Below, piece after piece: positions 14,001 to 28,586 of a stretch of DNA of 64,000 bases. Under the pieces are notes generated by a model that was not told where the DNA came from, made no database searches, and saw nothing but the letters and a program-made list of their open reading frames with translations. The translations under genes and the position numbers were made by a program. The DNA is from Cenococcum geophilum (taxonomy: Eukaryota). The stretch spans positions 682,001-746,000 of the forward strand of contig CP158636.1 in NCBI GenBank assembly GCA_050273025.1. Direction: 5' to 3'. Every line of letters starts with the position of its first letter. The first letter of the stretch is position 1.

Positions 14001-17000
14001 AAAACACCTATCTATAGTATATTAAAGACAAAAAGCAAACTAGGTATTAGCTAAAGAATAAGCTAAGTATAATAGGATTAAGCAGCTAATAGTTAGGAAA
14101 AGTAGAGGCTTATAAAACTAAAGGGAGCTAGTAATAGAGCTTTAGACCCTTAAAGGAATTTAAGGATAATACCTAAACCTAAGAGTTAAATGGCAAGATT
14201 AGTAGTTTAAAGTATTAGTAAATAGTAGAGTAATAAGGAACCATATTTTACGAGCAGTAGTTAAAAGAATAGGGCTACTATATAGGTAAAAAAAGCACCC
14301 TTATCTATTAGTAATAATTTTAGGAGATCTAATAGCCTATAGAGGAGGTATTATTAATCTTAAAATAGGACTAATTTAAATAACTATTAAAGGGAGATAA
14401 ATCGAGATGTCTTTTAATATATTACTATTAGGGAATAATAAAGTAATACTAGAAATACCTTAGTTATAGGAATATAATCTAAAGATTAATTAGGTTATAG
14501 GTTAGGTTAATATTAAAGATATATAATAACATAAGATGCGATAATAAACTAAGTTAGTATAGTACTAAGTTAGAGCGATATATAAGGAGACTAATTAAGG
14601 ATTAAGTTATATACTAAAGAAATACCATAAATATAGCAAAAAGTTATAGTTACTAGAAAGTAAAAGGCTATTAGAGTATATAGCATGGGATTATAAAATA
14701 GAGTTAGAACTAGGAATAAGTCTAAGGTTCTTTCTAACCTATAAGCTTACTAAAGAAGAAGGTAGAGTATTAAAAGAGTTTATCTAGGAGAACTTATAAA
14801 AGGGATATATTAAACTATTATAATTATTAGTAGGATATCTAGTACTATTCGTACTAAAGAAGAATAGAAAACTTAGGCTATACATTAACTATAGATAGTT
14901 AAACAGTATCACTAGGAAGGATAGGTATCCTTTACCCTTAATTAGTAAAATCTAAGATAGGATTAGTAATACGCAAATCTTTACAAAGATAGATCTAAGA
15001 TAGGCGTACCATTAGATTAGGATTAAGAAAGGCAATAAATAGAAGGCAGCCTTTAGGTTAAAGGAAGAACTATATAAACTACTAGTTATATAATTCGGGC
15101 TTATAAACGCACTAGTAATGTTTTAGAAGCGTATTAATAATATATTAAGAGAATACTTAGATGAATTTGTTATAGTATATTTTAATAATATTATTATCTA
15201 CTTAATAAGTAAGGAAGAATATAGAGAATATATTAAATAGGTCTTAAAGAGACTATAAGAAGAATAGTTGCTAGTAGCAATTAAGAAATGCGAGTTCTTC
15301 ACTAGGAAGACAGATTTTATTAGATTTATTATTAAACTAGGCTAATTTAGTATAAATTTAAAGAAGATCGAGGCTATAGTAAATTGGTAAGAACTAGAAA
15401 ATGTAATATAGTTAAGGTTATTTCTAGGGTTCTGTAATTACTGCAAAAGGTTTATAGCTTAATAGTTAAAGGATATTAAGCCACTTATAAGATTAATAAA
15501 GAAAGAAGAACTATAGGTATAGGGAGAGGAATAAAAGGAACTATTTAAGAAAATTAAATAGTTATTTACCTAGGAGCCAGTTCTTAAAATCTATTAACTA
15601 TAGTTAGAAATAGTGGTTAAAACGAATGCATTAAATTATATACTAGGAGCGTGCTTTTTATAAAAATATAAAGATAGATGGCATCTAGTGGCATACTATA
15701 GTTAAAAGATAATACTACTAGAACTAAACTATAACATCTATAACAAGGAGTTATTAGGTATAGTTACAGTATTAAAGAAATAGAGATCATTCTTATAAGG
15801 TATAAAAAAAACTATTTATAGTTAAAATGGATTATAAGAACCTAACGGGGTTTCTAATAATAAAAGAACTTAATTATAGATAGGTTAAATAGGCGGAGAT
15901 ACTTACAGAATACTATTTTGAGATTTAGTATACTAAGGGTATAGAGAATATATAAGTAGACGCTCTAAGTAGAAAAGCTAAACTATAGAATAACAAAAAG
16001 CCATTAGGGGCTTTATTATAAAAAAGATATAAACGGATTAATTAGATATAATTATCCGAAAATTATAGTAATATAAGAAGAATAGATCTATAATTTACTA
16101 AAGAGTAATTAAATATAAAAGATTTAAGATATATAGGCAGAGGATCCAGACTTAGAGTAGTACGAAAATTAAGAAGTAATATATATACTAAGATCTATTA
16201 TAAAGGAGTTTATTAAGTTATTTTATAAAGGACTAACTTAAGAATATAACAGAGCTATAGGCTTAGTGTTAAGACTTTAAGAGGAGTACATTATTAATAG
16301 AATCTAGGGTTTAGTACGGAAAATTATTAAGGAATATTTAGATTGCTAAAGAAATAAACTGACGAGGTATAAGCTATATAGAGGGCTATAACCTATTAAA
16401 ATACTAGAGAGATTATAGGAGGTTATATTATAGGACTTTATTATTAAGTTACTAAAGTTAAGAGATCCTATTACTAGATAAGATTATAATATAATCTTAG
16501 TAATAATAGACAAGCTTATAAAGTAGGGATACTTTATAGCATATATAGAAGAAATATTAGCGGAAGATATTACTAGAATCTATATTAAAGAAGTGTTTAT
16601 AAGATATAGAGCACTAAGTAAAATTATATTAGATAGAGATTTAAGATTTATAGCAGTATTCTAAAAAGTATTCTTAGCAGAGAAAGGAGTTTAAGTAGTA
16701 ACTTCTACTATATATTATCTATAGATAGACGGTTAAACGGAAAGATTAAATTAGACACTAAAATAGTATCTAAGGCACTATATTAATTATAAACAGAATA
16801 ATTAGGTATTGTTATTACTAGTTTTATAGTTTATATATAATATAACACCATAAAAAGAAATAGGTATATTACTATTTAAGGCGAATTATGGATATAAGCT
16901 AAGGACCTTATTATCGCTACGTTAAGTAAAGAAGATAAGTAGTATAGCTAAGTAAAGAATAAAGAGTTTAATAAATCTTTATGCAAACCTTATAGAAACA

Positions 17001-17470
17001 GCTAAGGTGGTATAGTAGAGAATAAAAAAGTACTATAATGCTAAGAGATCTAAGGGACTAGATCTTAAGGAGGGAGATAAAGTATAGCTACTACACAAAA
17101 TTTTTAAGAGTTAACGATTAAGTAAGAAGTTGAACTATGTTAGACTAGGACCTTTTGAAATTATATAGAAAATTTCACTAGTTATATTTAAGTTAAACCT
17201 ACTAGCTAGGATAAAGATCTACCCTATATAGTATATTGTAATACTAGAGCTAGTATATAGGAGTATTAAGCTACTAGTTTATAAAGCAAACACGTATAAA
17301 GGATAAGAGGAAGATAAATAGTAAGTTTTAAAGATTATTAGTTATAAGGACGTAGATGATAAAATATAGTATAAAGTAAAGTGGATAGGCTATAATAAGA
17401 CTACCTAGGAACTACTAGAGAACCTAAAAAACGCTATAGGAAAAGTATAGGAGTATCAGAAGAGAAAAGG
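11072..17470 (+). pseudogene. D1 gag-pol relic (gag with zinc knuckle, protease ~14215, RT ~14800-15400, RNase H ~15600-15950, integrase ~16200-16950, chromodomain ~17310-17460)
   Basis: Starts MPPKAAT at 11072; RIP-altered motifs LVNSRV (LVDSGA), LRLYINYR*LN (LRLCIDYRQLN), YFNNI (YLDDI), chromodomain-like YKVKWIGY. Confidence 0.88.
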
Positions 17471-18115
17471 TTAGGCAATATTAATAAAGAAGAATCGCCA
17501 AAGAATAAGTTACCTAAGGGGGACCCAGGAAGAGCAACTGCTGAACTACTTAAAGTTATTTCCTTCTCTATTAGAAAAGAATCCGTTCTTTTATTACTAA
17601 GTTCCTATAAACCTTATTCTATAAGTTTCTACTCCTTAAAACGGACCTTCTTGTAAACCTTCTTAAGATAAAAAAGACGGGCATAAGCGTTTTAACGGGC
17701 CTTTAGGGCATAACGCTCCTTATTACAAATGCGAGCTAGACAAAGCTTATTATTATACTAAAGTTAATAGATCTTAGCCAGCGCCTCTAATAGTTCATTA
17801 TTAAGCTTCGCAGCAGTAGATTAAATATAAGACCCTATAATAAATTACTTAGGGAACTTAGAGACTATTAAGAGTCATAGGACGCGTATATTTAGCATTA
17901 GAAACGGAATAAATATCACAGGAAGACCATATATTCGCTCGCGTACACTTAAAACAGGAGGACGGTTATTGGTTAATAGGTAACGTAATCGTAACACAGA
18001 CTAACCCCTCTTTCGCACAACAAGAATAAGAAGGCATAATCTTACCTAGCGACAATATAATAGCTACGGTACAAAACCGGCGCTCAGCTAAAGAAGAAGA
18101 AGGTGCTTTAGGCAT
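17470..18115 (-). pseudogene. Antisense Cys-rich accessory ORF relic of D1
   Basis: ATG at 18115: MPKAPSSSLAERRFCTVAIILSLGKIMPSYSCCAKEGLVCV...PSSCFKCTRANIWSSCDI; homologous frames in D2 and D3; 3' end and a possible intron uncertain. Confidence 0.6.
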
Positions 18116-18652
18116 TATAAGTAACAATATTAACCAAATTAATTAGATAGACATTACACCTCTAGTAAACAACTTAAAGATGCTAGGTATCTTTAAGGAC
18201 AAAGATAAAGAGGAGGGAGATGGTGTTACGGACGCTTTAAGTACAATATTACGGCTACTTAGAGAGGAGTTAAAGGAAGCTAGTTAGTTAATATAAGCAC
18301 GGTTTAGGATGGAACCCATAAAGCTATGTGACGAGGAATGGTAATCGAGGTTATATGACAAGCTCTGTAAGCTCTGCGAGGTCTATAAGGAACGTCTTAC
18401 GTACCTTACGTACCTTACGTACTTTATATATAAGAAGGATTTTATAGGAGTACGGTTATATATTTAAGGACCCTTAGTCCCTACCTAGATAGTTTCTTCC
18501 TTATAGTGATTCTTAGAATATAATTAAAGTTAATCTGTTAGGCAACCACTCCACTAGTTATTATTACGTTGTTAACTTACTTGCAATACCTATATACCTA
18601 GCCCATTAACGAGTCTACCGTAGTTCCTACTATAAGGCTCCATTACAATACC

Positions 18653-19918
18653 TAGTTAACTAGCAATTTGGTTTCTTATAAATATAGCACTTTTTTTAGC
18701 GATTGCTTTAAAATAAACCTCTATAAAAACCTCCACCTTTACCTTATAGTTGTTAATTATACCCTCTACCGTATTATCTACCCTAGCTACTATATATTTA
18801 ATTAGTTTAGTTATAATTATATTAGTTAGGCGGGTTAATTAAAGTAGGTTAAAGTTAGGCGTTAAATTGCTATACTTCTTAAGAGCGTAAAGCGGTGCTA
18901 ATAGAAGATCTTAATTAAGCACACACTCCTTTATAAGTATTTGTAGGATTAAAGAGAGTAAGGTTGTATTCTTTAACGCCTTAGTATATGCTAATAACTT
19001 AATTATATAGGCTAAAATCCTCTCAATATAATTTGGATAAACCACGCTAAATTATCTAAAGTTAATTAAAGAGCTTTTAAAGATAATTAAGCCGAGGGAT
19101 ACCTGGGTTTATAGTAATAATCCTTAAAAAAGTAGTCTCTCTCTATTCTAATATATACTGCTACTTATTCTCTTCTATTTTAAAGTAGTATCTTAACTTA
19201 TATATTATACGGTTAAAATTATATCCTTTTCCTACCAAACGGTTATAATAGAAGGTACTAGCTTAGCCCTTAAGCATAACAGAATAGGCGTTATAGTATT
19301 AATTAGACTCTATTCCTACTTTTTAGTAATAGTTATAGAAGATACGTAGTTTTAAATTAAGGACATTATATAGTTCCCTATTAAACTTCTTCTCCTAATC
19401 CGAATAGAGCTTCGCAAGCTCTATAAGTAATTTTAAACTACCTCTAATTTAAAATTAAGATAGAGAAGGTAGGAGTTGCATTATAAGCTGTAGTGGGGAC
19501 GTAGGTCTAATCGGTGGAGTCTAAAGGTTATTAAATTATAAAGTAATAGGATCTTATACCTACTCTCATTAGGGTATAATATCTAATATTAAAGCTATAG
19601 GTTAAATTAGATACAGAAGAGTTAAGAGTAGAGGTAGATTCGTCTTTAGAGGTATATTACTTGGATTCTATCGTAAGTTAAGCTTCCTTATAGTGCGTAG
19701 TTAGTGCTTAATCTCTTATAGGGTCCATTTATGCTCTTCTTTTACGTCAATAATATACTCCTAAATATTATCTCTAATAACTCCCCTATCTATAGGGATA
19801 AATACTCTATACTCCCGAAGAAAGTTACGGAAGTCCTATACGATATCTTTATTTATAGAAACCTATATTTCCTTTATCTATCTAATAAAGTCCTCCTTTA
19901 TATAGTACTATAGTATAG
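18653..19918 (-). pseudogene. Copia A gag segment
   Basis: Resumes exactly after the D1 TSD, matches B ~5255-5430 and then diverges from B while staying loosely alignable. Confidence 0.75.
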
Positions 19919-21637
19919 TGTCTATACGAGTAGAGGTTATAAATATTGTTATTAGATGAATGGCGTAGAGCGTATACGGTAGGGGCTGTATGCGTAGCGT
20001 AGGTTACCTAACTGCCTACGGCCCAATAGATAGCCCGACCTTTACTACCCCTTTCTCTCTCTTTTAGTAGACGAGGATAGACACGAATAAACTAAGAACT
20101 AGAACTACTTATTGTAATTACAGTACCCCCTAGGTAATACTAACACTAATTAGTAATATTACAGATTAGAATCTGGTGTTATTACGAAGAGAAATAACAC
20201 GCGATCGCTTCTACCAAGGCCCGTCGATTATATCGCGTTTGCTAAGGAGAACCCTTTCTACTAAGGCCCTGGGAACTTAAAGAACTGGCTCCTACTAAGG
20301 CTTCGTCTGGTTTGCGTCCATTACGCAAATTAATACCTAGTATAACCTCTTTACTAAGCCAGTACACCTAGCAGCTTCGGCAGCATCCTATAACCTAGCA
20401 GCGTTAACGGCACCTACCTACCTATAATCCTGACACTGTTTGCTACCTTACAGATCTGCCACGTCGAAAATCACGTCAACAGCACGCCCTAAACGCCAGC
20501 GTATTTCCTCCCTTTTTACGGCCTTTGCAAGCCACGAATACCATAATCTACGCTAGTTAATTATGTCCGATATAGGAATTTAACGTCCGGACTGGGGTAA
20601 TAGGATTACCCTAACCAATAAGATCACCGCAGAAGATCTTACTAACTATATTAACTTTAAAATTAAAGAGTATACTAAGTATAACTTTAAGGATAAAAGC
20701 TTATGGGAATTATACTAAGAGGACTTTAATAATTTTACGGTGCAGATATTTAAAGACGCCGATAGGTCTAAACTTAGGGGACTTAAGTAACTACTCCAAC
20801 GTAATAGAGTATGGGTCTTTAATAAGAAGAGCAAATTAGTACTATAAGTACTATACAACGTCGCCCACGAGAACGACCGTACGGAATGGTTAGATGTAGA
20901 AATTAGACTATTTATTAGTACTAAAGGACCTTTTAATTTATATATTATTAACTGCCGTCTTAAATTACGTCTATTAACTCTAGTGTTATCTGCCACCCCA
21001 GCTTTAGCCGTCTTAAATAACTTTTCTATAGCCGAGCTTCCCTTACCTATAAACGTTACGACTCCGCCTATAAACGTTACGGCTCCCTTTATAAACGTTG
21101 CAGTTGTAACGGAACCTTGTAGCAAGAACTACGATGGGTTCGTCAATGGGCTAGGTGTGTAGGAAATGCAAGTATAAAAGTCAACAACGTAATAACAACT
21201 AGTGGAGTGGTTGCCTAATAGATTAACTCTAATTGTATTCTAAGAATTACTATAAGGAAGGAACTATCTAGGTAGGGACTAAGGGTCCTTAAATACACAA
21301 CCGTACTCCTATAAAATCCTTCTTATACGTAATGTACGTCTTATATATAAGGTACGTAAGTTCCTCTTATTCCTCTTATTTAATACGTAGCATATTATAT
21401 AACCTTAGTTACTATTCCTCGTCACATAGTTCTATGGGTTCCATCCTAGACCGTACTTATATTAACTAACTAGCTTCTTCTAACTCCTCTCTAAGTAGTT
21501 ATAGTATTATACTTAAAGCGTCCGTAATACTATCTCCCTCCTCTTTATTTTTATCCTTAAAGATTTAAAATATCTCTAAGTTATTTACTAGAGGTGTGAT
21601 ATCCGTCTAATTAATTTAGTTAATATTATTGCTTATT

Positions 21638-22250
21638 ATACCTAAAGTAATTTCTTCTTTACACGCCTAATGTTGTGCTCGCACTATTGCTGCAATATTA
21701 TCTCTTAGTAAGATTATGCCGTCTCTATATTCTCGTTATTCAAAAGAGGGGTTAGTTTATATTGCGTTGGCGAGTCCTTCGTCCTAGCAACCTTCCTCTT
21801 GTTTAGAGTGCACTAAAGCAAATATTCGGTTATCCTATAACGTTCGCTCTACTTTTAATACTAAATATACGCGACCTATTACTCTTAATAGTCGTCTAGT
21901 TCCCTAATTAATTTGTTTTAGGGTTTTGTATTTAATCTGCTGCTACTTAGCTAGATAGTAAACTATCATAAGCCCTTACTAAGTTAGAACGTTCTCATGA
22001 CGCGGAACAGAAGGCCCTAGATACTCGAATTGCGGCGTCTACTTATCTGCTTCGTCTTAAGAAGGTTTATAAGAAGGTTTATTCTAAGGAGTAAAAACTT
22101 ATAGAATAAGGTCTATAGGAACTAGGTAATAAAAGAACGGATTCTCTTTTAATAGAGAAGGAAACAGATCCGAGTAGTTCGGCAACTGCTCTTCTTAGGT
22201 CCCCCTTAGGTGACTTATTCTTTAGCGATCCTTCTTTATTAATACTGCCT
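21638..22250 (+). pseudogene. Antisense Cys-rich accessory ORF relic of D2
   Basis: (M)PKVISSLHA*CCARTIAAILSLSKIMPSLYSRYSKEGLVYI...PSSCLECTKANI; same position and motifs as in D1. Confidence 0.55.
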
Positions 22251-25200
22251 AACCTAATCTCTTTTAATACTCCTATACCTTTCCTATAGCGTTCTTTAAA
22301 TTCTCTAGTAGCTCCCAGGTAGTCTTAGTGTAGCCTATCCACTTAACCTCGTACTATATTTCGTCATCAATGTCCTTATAATTAACAATCTTCAATACTT
22401 ACTATTCGTCTTCTTTTTGTCCTCTATACGTGTCTACTTTATAAACTAGTGGCTTAATATTTCTATATACTGGCTCTAGCATTACAATATACTATATAGG
22501 GTAGATCTTTATTTTGGCTGATAGGTTTAACTTAAACGTAACTAGTAAAATCCTCTATGTAATTTTAAAAGGTCCTAGTTTAACATAGTCTAATTTCTTG
22601 CTTAGTCGTCAACTCTTGAAATTTTTATATAGTAGCCATACTTTATCTCCCTCCTTAAGATCTAGTCCCTTAGATCTCTTAGCATTATAGTACTTTTTTA
22701 TTCTCTCTTATACTTTCTTTACTAATTCCATAAGGTCTATATAAAGATTCATTAATGTCTTCATTCTCTCTTTGGCTGTACTACTCGTTTTCTTTACTTA
22801 CTATAGTAACAATAATGTTCTTAGCTCGTATCCATAATTTGCCTTAAATAGTAATATGCCTATTCCTTCTTAAGGTATTATATTATATGTAAACTGTATA
22901 ACTAGTAATAGTAATACCTAATTATTCTATATATGATTGATATAATGTCTTAAATACTATTCTAGCGTCTAATTCAATCATTCTATTTAACCGTCTGTCT
23001 GCGGATAATATGCGGTAGAAGTTGCTGCTTAAACTCCTTGCTCCGCTAAGAACACTTCCTAAAATACTGCTACAAATCTTAGATCTCTATCCGATATAAT
23101 TTTACTTAGTACTCTATATCTTATAAACACTTCTTTAATATAGATTCTAGCGACATCTTTTACTAAGATTTCTTCTATACATGCTATAAAGTATCCCCAC
23201 TTTATAAGCTTGTCTACTATTACTAAGATCGCGTCGTAATCTTGTCCGGTGATAGGGTTTTTTAATTTTGGCAACTTAATAATAAAGTCCTATAATATAA
23301 CCTCCTATAGTCTCTCTAGTATTTTAATAGGTTGTAGCCCTCTATATAGCTTATACCTTATTAGTTTATTCCTTTAGCAATCTAAATATTCCTTTATAAC
23401 CCTTCTAGCTATCCTCTAGATTCTATTAATAACGTACTCCTCCTGGAGTCTCAACACTAAGCCCGTAGCTCCATTATGTCCTTAGGTTAGTCCCTTATAG
23501 AAGTCCTCCATAAACTACTCTACTATACTTCTTAGGATGTACTTTATTTCTCAATTCTTATATATATCCGTCTGTAGATCTTCTAGCTATGCTTTTAGAA
23601 TTCTTTATACCTAAAAGCTTTCTAGTGTCTTGTAGACTTTCTCTAGTTCGTTGTCTTCTTAAGTTGCTATAATTTTCGGATAATTGTACCTAATTAACCC
23701 GTCTGTATCTTTTCGCAATAAAGCCCCTAATAGCTTTTCCTCGTTTTATAGTTTAGCTTTACGGCTCAGAGCATCTGCCCGCGTATTATCTATACCTTTA
23801 GTATACTAAATCTCAAAATGGTATTCCGTAAGCATCTCTGCCTATCTAACCTATCTTCAGTTAAGTTCCTTCGTTATTAGGAATCCTATTAAGTTCTTAT
23901 AATCCGTCTTAACCATAAATGGTTTCTCTATACCTTATAAGAATGCTCTCCATTCCTTTAATGCTATAACTATACCTAACAACTCTTTATTATAGATGTT
24001 ATAGTTTAACTCCAGTAGTATCATCTTCCAACTATAATATACCACTAGGTGCTATCCATCTTAATACCTTTATATAAAGCACGCCCCTAGTATATAGTCT
24101 AATGCATCTATTTCTATAACCGTCTCTAGTCCTAGTTAATAGATCTTAAGAACTGGCTCCTAGGTAAACAACTCTTTAACTTTCTTAAAGAGTTCTCTTT
24201 ACTCCTTTCCTTATACCCATAGTTCTTCTTTCCTTATTAACCGTGTAAATGGCTTAATATCCTTTAACTATTACGCTATAAACCTTCTGCAGTAATTGCA
24301 AAACCCTAGGAACAATCTTAACTGTATAACGTTCTCTAGTTCCTACCAATTTACTATAGCCTCAATCTTCTTTAGATCTATGCTAAGTTAGCCTAGTTTA
24401 ATAATAAATCTAACGAAATCGGTCTTCCTAGTAAAGAACTCGCATTTCTTAATTGCTACTAGCATCTGTTCTTCTTATAGTCTCTTTAAGACCCATTTAA
24501 CGTATTCCCCATATTCTTCCTTAGTTATTAAGTAGATAATAATATTGTTGAGATATACTATAACAAATTCATCTAAGTATTCTCCTAATATATTGTTAAT
24601 ACGCTTTTAGAACGTTACTAGTGCGTTTATAAGCCCAAATTATATAACTAATAGTTTGTATAGTCCTTTCTTTAACCTAAAGGCTGCCTTCTATTCATTG
24701 CCTTCCTTAATCCTAATCTAATAGTACGCCTATCTTAGATCTATCTTCGTGAAGATTTACGCATTGCCTATCCTGTCTTAGATTTCGCTAATTAAGGGTA
24801 AAGGATACCTATCCTTCCTAGTAATGCTATTTAACTGTCTATAGTTAATACACAGCCTTAGTTTACCATTCTTCTTTAGTACGAATAGTACTAGATAACC
24901 CGCTAATAACTACGATGGTCTAATATATCCCTTTTATAGATTTTCCTAAATAAACTCTTTTAACGCTCTACCCTCTTCTTCGGTAAGCTTATAAATTAGA
25001 AAGAACTTTAGACTTATTCCTGGTTCTAACTCTATTTTATAGTCCCATACTATATATTCTAACAGCTTCTTACTTTCTAGTAACTATAGTTTCTTACCGT
25101 ACTTATGGTATCTCTTTAATATATAACTTAGTCCTTTTTCTATTTCTTTATAGGTTGCTCCTACTTAATACTATACTAACTTGGCTTATTGTTATATCTT

Positions 25201-28200
25201 ACGGCGTTAAGTATCTCTAATATTAACCTAACCTATAATCCAATCGATTTTTAGATTGTATTCCTATAACTAAGGTATACCTAATACTGCCTTATCCCGT
25301 CCCAATGGTAGGATATTAAAAGACATCTTAATTTGTCTTCCTTTAATAGTTATCTAAATAGGTCCTGTTTTAAGACTAATAATCCCTCCTCTATAGGTTA
25401 TTAGATCTCCTAAAATTGTAACTAATAGGTAAAGTTGCTCCTTTTGTTTATAAGGTAGCCCCATTCTCTTAACTGCTGCTAATGAGATATGGTTTCGCGT
25501 TACTCTACTATCTATTAGCGCTTTAAACTGCTAATCTTGCCAATTAATTTATAAATTTAGGTGTCGTCCTTGAATTCCTTTAAGGGTCTAAGGCTCTACT
25601 ACTGGCTCCCTCTGGTCCTATAGGCCTCTACTTTTCCTAACTGTTAGTTACTTAATCCTAGTGTACTTAGCTTGCTCTTTAGCTAATACCTAGTTTGCTT
25701 TTTATCTTTAATATACTATAGATACGTATTTTCTAGGTATTCCCACCACTATTGTCCGTCTAAGTATTCTTCCGTAAGGAATCTTCCTAGTTAAAGTACT
25801 AAACTTCCTTCCTCTTAGATTTCTATTAGATGCCATCCATATATATATTTAGCATTTCTATACTATTACTCGTCCATTATCTAGTATATCCTTATAGGGT
25901 ATTTCCGATTCTTTTCTTTCGGATTTTTATGCATTTCGTATATATCGTCCACGCACGCAATCTATAATAACGTATAGTATGCTAGGTGCTTTAGGTCAAC
26001 TCTTAGCTCGTCTTTATCCTTAAGTTTAAACCTTTATTATGCTAATCTAAACGTTATAACTTTATTCGCAGGTACTGAGATGCGCCTCTTACTTCTCTAG
26101 TCCTCTAAACGTTCCTCTAGATCCTTTAACGTTATAATTAAGGCTCCTTTAATATGCGTTATAGCCTTCTCTATAATCGGGTGGTCTTAGATAACTTTTT
26201 CATCCAACTATATATAGAAATCTTCCCACTTATTATTACGTCGTTGCCTATACTACTTTTAATATAGCTACTAAAGTATATACGGTCTGTCCGTAAGGAA
26301 ATATCTCTTTATTACTACGTTGTAACAGCCTTTAGTATATCGTTCTTTAAACCTAATAGGGATCCCTAGATCCTCTTCTTGTTCTAGTTCAGTAAGCCAC
26401 TTAGCTCTTAGTATGCCTACTTTTGGCCTATTGGTAATTCTTTATACTAGTGCTCTGTCCTTTATACGTCCCAATGTGCTAGATTTCTTATCTAGTTTCT
26501 GTTCTTACTATGCGATAATTCTTTACCTAAACTCTTCTATGGTTTCTTTTGGTTTACGCCTTATACTCTAATCCTTAAAGTTATCTTACTTCTTAATCCT
26601 AGTATTAATTTTTTAATCTTTAGTCTAAACACTTCATTTAACTAGTAAATCCTCTAGGTCTATATATCTATCTCCTAGTCTAATTGCTGTTTATGCCGCA
26701 GATTCTCTAATCTATAAAGAAGCTCCTTACCTCTGGTCTATAGGTGTCCTAATTTACACTCCGAATTCTTGACCCTTTAGGTTCTTTAATCCCAAGCTTA
26801 CTTCTGACTTAAGCTTAGCTCCAGCCTTAGTCTAACTAGGCTTACTTAGTATTCTTATCTTATCTTAAGAGTCTTAAATCTCACTTATCTCGTCTTAAGA
26901 ATCTTATACCGTTAGGAATTCTTGTCCTAAGCTTATTTGTATATCTTTAAACTAAGCTACTACTCTACTCTATCGGTTATCGTCCGTTATAGGTCCTTAA
27001 GCTTGCCTTATCTCGTCTTAAGAATCTTGGTTATCTCTTATCTCGCTATAAGAATCTTAAGCCTTTAGCCTTTTACCTTTATTAAGTGCCGAAGTAGTTC
27101 GCTATCCTACTTCTCTTACGTCTTATAAAGCGATAGACATTATATCTAGTGGGGTTTCGATCCCTACTAATATTCCTTATTTTATAATAGAATTATCCTC
27201 TACCTTTAGTATAACATCTTTAAGGTCTGCTTACTCCTAGTAAGCGGCCCTTGTTGCCTTATCGTTACGGAATATTTCGCCTAGGTTAAATTTATCGTCC
27301 TTAATGTCCGATCTGCGAACTAGTTCGTTAGTTCCTCTATATCCTATAGGTGCTAGCTCTTATAGCTAATAGCTTACGCTATACTTAGCGTCCTTATAAA
27401 TTTAGTATGTATTATTATAACAAAACGCAAAACTTCTAATTAAATACTCTTTTGTTCCTCGCAGTATATTATTATCCCTTTGTACATATATATTGTCTGC
27501 TAGTCTTATGCCTTTTATTATATAGTGACTCTACCCACTTTTATAGTCTTTAATGTAATAACCCTATTTTCCGCAATTTATATAAGCTCCTTCTTTAAAC
27601 TATTTCTCTTATTATAGAGTCCGCCTAAATATCTTCTGCTATTAAGATCCTTAATTTAGCCTCTACTCCTTAGACTTTTAATTACTTAATCCTTATCCTT
27701 TAGGTTTCCATAGTTTGCTCTATCTCTTATAGGCTTTTTTAGTACTACTTAGGTCTATTAGCTCTGCGCCATACTATAGTTTCTAACTTGGCTTTTATTG
27801 TTGCGTACTCTACGCCTTATATAACTGTAGAACTCTATCCTAGCCTCTCTTAGCCTATTCCCTTTAGTAGATTTAATTATTAATCTTAATCGCCTAATCT
27901 ATTAGATCCCTTAGGGTGTCCGTATCTTCTATTAGGATAATTACGTCCTAGACTTTAGCCTTAAGTCCCTATTTATACTATGCCATAAGCGCCCTATTAT
28001 TCCACTTTACTTATATTACTAGTGTCTAAAACTATATTATATACTTAATTACTAAAGTTTGTTATACGAGGTTCTAGAGTTTTCTTTCCGCTATAGTTGT
28101 TTCTTCTAGGTCTCTAAATATCTACGTTAGTTATTCTGCGAATCCTTCCTAACTTAAGAATATAAATCGCACGTCTTAGTTAGTGGTCGTCATTCCGTTT

Positions 28201-28586
28201 GCCTATATCTCCGTAAGGTAAGATTTAAACTACTTAAGTGCTTTTCTTAATAAGAATAGTCCTATATAGGCTATCCGATCTATAGGTATAGGTAACTTTA
28301 CTCCCTCTTATGAGACCTTAAAGTACATCTATATAAGGAATCCTTTAAGCTTTAACCTCTCTCCTATAAATCTCTTAATTAATAGTAGCTTAATCTTTGC
28401 TGCTCCTATCCCATTAAGTCTTTCTTCTAACACTGTATTATTAGCTATTAGCTAGTTAACTATTTCCTATAGCTGTCCGACCGTTACAGGTTACTATAAG
28501 TTAGTATCCGCTATACTAGTGTCACCTCCTATCCTTAAAGTAGTTGCTGCCGTTAATGGCGTTATGGTGGCTGCTTTTGGTGGCAT
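22250..28586 (-). pseudogene. D2 gag-pol relic
   Basis: ATG (MPPKAAT) at 28586; provided ORF 23059-23274 is an integrase-core fragment (DAILVIVDKL...KIISDRD). Confidence 0.88.

Larger units (their letters stand above)
10608..18647 (+). mobile_element. Ty3/Gypsy chromovirus D1, full length, RIP-inactivated
   Basis: 424-bp LTRs 10608-11031 and 18224-18647; TSD ATGCC/ATACC (one transition); purine tract aggagggagatgg before the 3' LTR. Confidence 0.94.
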
